61,249 bases of DNA, from the NCBI GenBank assembly GCA_008373095.1, contig RQOP01000037.1, positions 1 through 61,249 on the forward strand, read 5' to 3'. Under the pieces are notes generated by a model, which worked only from the letters and a program-made list of their open reading frames with translations, did not search any database and was not told where the DNA came from. The translations under genes and the position numbers were made by a program. The DNA is from SAR202 cluster bacterium (GTDB taxonomy: Bacteria > Chloroflexota > Dehalococcoidia > Lucifugimonadales > UBA826). Positions 59,208-61,249 of this stretch are shown here, piece after piece (the stretch's first letter is position 1; the number at the start of each line of letters is the position of its first letter).

Positions 59208-60617
59208 TTAGTGTTTCTTTTCGTAGTAATGGTGGGGAAGACCTTCACGAATTGTCGCAGGGACCACTCGCCTGCCCACCTTTATAAGACGGCGATTAAC
59301 CATTCCTTCTTTAATATCAAATAGCGGGATCAAAGGTAGAACTTTTGCAAACAACAGCATCCCTAAACAAACAAAAGCAAAAGTTTCAACAACGATCAAT
59401 ATTTCAATGATTGATGGATGATAAGTACCCCAATCGAACGTCATATGGGTTCTTCTCAAAAGTCCTGGAATCACGATCAAAAATCGCTCCAGCCACATAC
59501 CTATGTTGACAAGTATCGTTGTCCAAAACATCAATGCAGCGCTTCTTCTAACCCTTTTAAACAGCCACAATGGAACAGGTATCACAAATGAAGTGATAAC
59601 AAATATGGCAAATAAGGGCCCATAGGGCCATTGCAAGGCCTGTAGTTCTCTTAAAGCAATATCTGGACTGTCCAATGTGTAGAGTGCATATACCCACTCT
59701 AGAAAGAAAAAGAAGAACCATGTAGTTGCAACGACTATCAAAAGCCGCGCGATCGCATCAAAATGGTCAGGTTTAATATATTTATCCAGTCCATACAACC
59801 ACACTGAGAGTGCCATTAACATAGCTACCGCTGACACTCCTGAGTGTATGGCACCAATAATGAAATATGGGGCAAATATAGTGGAATGCCAACCTTCGAC
59901 ACCGATTAAAACAGCAAAGTCCCACGAAACTATTGAGTGAACCGAAACAAACACAGGCAGAACAAGTGCAGAAAGCAAAATGCCAGCTACAATCTGTAGT
60001 TTCCATTGTCTGGGTGTTCCTCGGAACCCTAGGGCCATTTGCGAGTAAATTTTCTTGACTATAGGCTTTTTTGCCCTGTCCCGCAGTATCGCTATATCCG
60101 GTATCAAACATATGAATACAAACAATGTACTTGCAATCAGGTAGGTACCAACAGCACTTGGGTCCCATACGAAAGGTGACCTGATATTAGGCCAAATGCC
60201 ACGACTGAAATCATAAGGGAAAATCCAATACAAAACGCGCCACGGTCGACCTACGTGCATTAGCGGTGTATGCAAGGCTGCTATCAAAGAAAATACAGTC
60301 ATAACTTCAGCTGCCCTAGTAATAGGACGTCGCCATTCAGCCTGCGTCAACCTCAAAATCGCCGAAATCATAATTCCAGCGTGGCTAATACCAATCCAAA
60401 AAACGAAATTTGCTATGAAGAATCCCCACATAACAGGTCTGTTTAGACCAGTTACTCCAAGACCGTGGTAGACCATGAAGAAAAATGCACAGAGTCCAGT
60501 CAGCACGACCAACCCTAAAAATGCAACGGCAGGCAACCACCATTTGGGTACCGTCAATACATCCTTCAACAGATCTTCATTGATCTGCTTATGGCTTAGT
60601 TGTGTATGTTCCTGCAT
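59208..60617 (-). CDS. actC: Alternative complex III quinol-oxidising subunit C (NrfD/PsrC family)
   Basis: WGFFIANFVFWIGISHAG, GRPW, SPFVWD, VSVHSIVSWDFA, GWHSTIFAPYF, GMWLERF. Confidence 0.85.
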   Translation of the reverse strand: MQEHTQLSHKQINEDLLKDVLTVPKWWLPAVAFLGLVVLTGLCAFFFMVYHGLGVTGLNRPVMWGFFIANFVFWIGISHAGIMISAILRLTQAEWRRPITRAAEVMTVFSLIAALHTPLMHVGRPWRVLYWIFPYDFSRGIWPNIRSPFVWDPSAVGTYLIASTLFVFICLIPDIAILRDRAKKPIVKKIYSQMALGFRGTPRQWKLQIVAGILLSALVLPVFVSVHSIVSWDFAVLIGVEGWHSTIFAPYFIIGAIHSGVSAVAMLMALSVWLYGLDKYIKPDHFDAIARLLIVVATTWFFFFFLEWVYALYTLDSPDIALRELQALQWPYGPLFAIFVITSFVIPVPLWLFKRVRRSAALMFWTTILVNIGMWLERFLIVIPGLLRRTHMTFDWGTYHPSIIEILIVVETFAFVCLGMLLFAKVLPLIPLFDIKEGMVNRRLIKVGRRVVPATIREGLPHHYYEKKH

Positions 60618-60668
60618 TTAAATATTTCCATCTAATTTAAATTTTAAGTATCTGAGTCATTCGCATCT

Positions 60669-61247
60669 TTATCTGGGCTTACCCATAACCATAACTTTGG
60701 TTCTGTGGAACTGAACTTCTGCTTTATATAGCAGCATTTCTTTTCGTTCCCATATATTAACTACCGGTATTAATCTCGTGGCTAACATGAAAGTAAGGAT
60801 AGACCCACCTATGAAACCAACTATCACAAAAATATCAGCTACATGAGGTGTCGGTATAGCTGTAGGGACCTCAGACATTTTCATCTTCATCATGTCTTCC
60901 ATCATTTCGCTTTTTCCTGCCACGTCCCAAGCGCCTACATATAGCCTTATTCTGTCCAACAGTGTGCCAATAAGGACTGATATCGCCAGAATTGGGGGTC
61001 CCCAAACACTCCTTCTAACCGGATTCCATATCATCGTAAACCAAGGCAATATGAACACCAGAACAAATATTGTAATGAACAAGTATAAGTATGGACCTTT
61101 AACTAATAATTCCAAGACAGCCTGCTCTGAAGGTTTCTTACCATACCAAAATACATTGAAACTAGAAAACCAAAACCAAAACCAAAGAAGCGATAGGGCA
61201 AGCAATAATTTTCCAAGTCCCCAAAACTGATCTAGTCCAATATAGTC
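60669..61247 (-). CDS. Second NrfD-family membrane subunit (ActF-like), 5'-truncated by the window edge
   Basis: Frame open to the window end (DYIGLDQFWGLGKLLL...); FWYGKKPSE and LLDRI align by eye with the C-terminal half of ActC/ActF. Confidence 0.7.
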   Translation of the reverse strand, partial: DYIGLDQFWGLGKLLLALSLLWFWFWFSSFNVFWYGKKPSEQAVLELLVKGPYLYLFITIFVLVFILPWFTMIWNPVRRSVWGPPILAISVLIGTLLDRIRLYVGAWDVAGKSEMMEDMMKMKMSEVPTAIPTPHVADIFVIVGFIGGSILTFMLATRLIPVVNIWERKEMLLYKAEVQFHRTKVMVMGKPR

Positions 61248-61249
61248 TT

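Noticed and set aside
61166-61183. (AAAACC)x3 tandem repeat
   Set aside because: In-frame coding for WFWFWF in a TM helix; too short to imply phase variation
72-61230. Numerous 60-150 aa antisense or alternate-frame ORFs in the ORF track (e.g. 9191-9643, 17585-18028, 51994-52434, 53121-53579)
   Set aside because: They lie within well-supported genes, have shadow-ORF composition and show no recognisable motifs
1-61249. CRISPR arrays, IS elements, prophage, defence islands, tRNA or rRNA
   Set aside because: No repeat-spacer pattern, recombinase/transposase/phage gene or RNA gene was recognised; intergenic gaps are at most about 300 bp. This was a by-eye check only

Overview
Gene-dense, mostly housekeeping bacterial chromosome segment (roughly 40% GC by eye) with about 58 CDS. 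I recognised no rRNA, tRNA, CRISPR array, integrase or transposase. Gene content suggests a marine Chloroflexota (Dehalococcoidia, probably SAR202-like) genome; this is inference. The supporting features are a minimal rsmH-ftsA-ftsZ cluster followed by nrdR-nrdJ, dgt-dnaG-rpoD, der-plsY-gpsA, dnaJ-prmA-rsmE, an alternative complex III fragment, and many paralogous catabolic enzymes (two enolase-superfamily proteins, UxuA, SDRs, crotonases, an RraA-like protein and a ThDP enzyme). The strongest candidates for undescribed biology are: (1) two small unknown helical proteins inserted between dgt and dnaG, with their own apparently leaderless promoter and an overlap with dnaG; (2) an intact SDR paired with a full-length SDR that lacks the catalytic residues; (3) tandem NrdR boxes plus an internal promoter with a LexA-like box controlling the B12-dependent ribonucleotide reductase; (4) a recurring leaderless-mRNA signature; (5) a rearranged alternative complex III; (6) a Cx4C thioredoxin-fold lipoprotein; (7) a HAD/PurM-like divergent pair; (8) a natural GyrA S83L-equivalent. 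All annotations come from reading motifs by eye; no searches were run.
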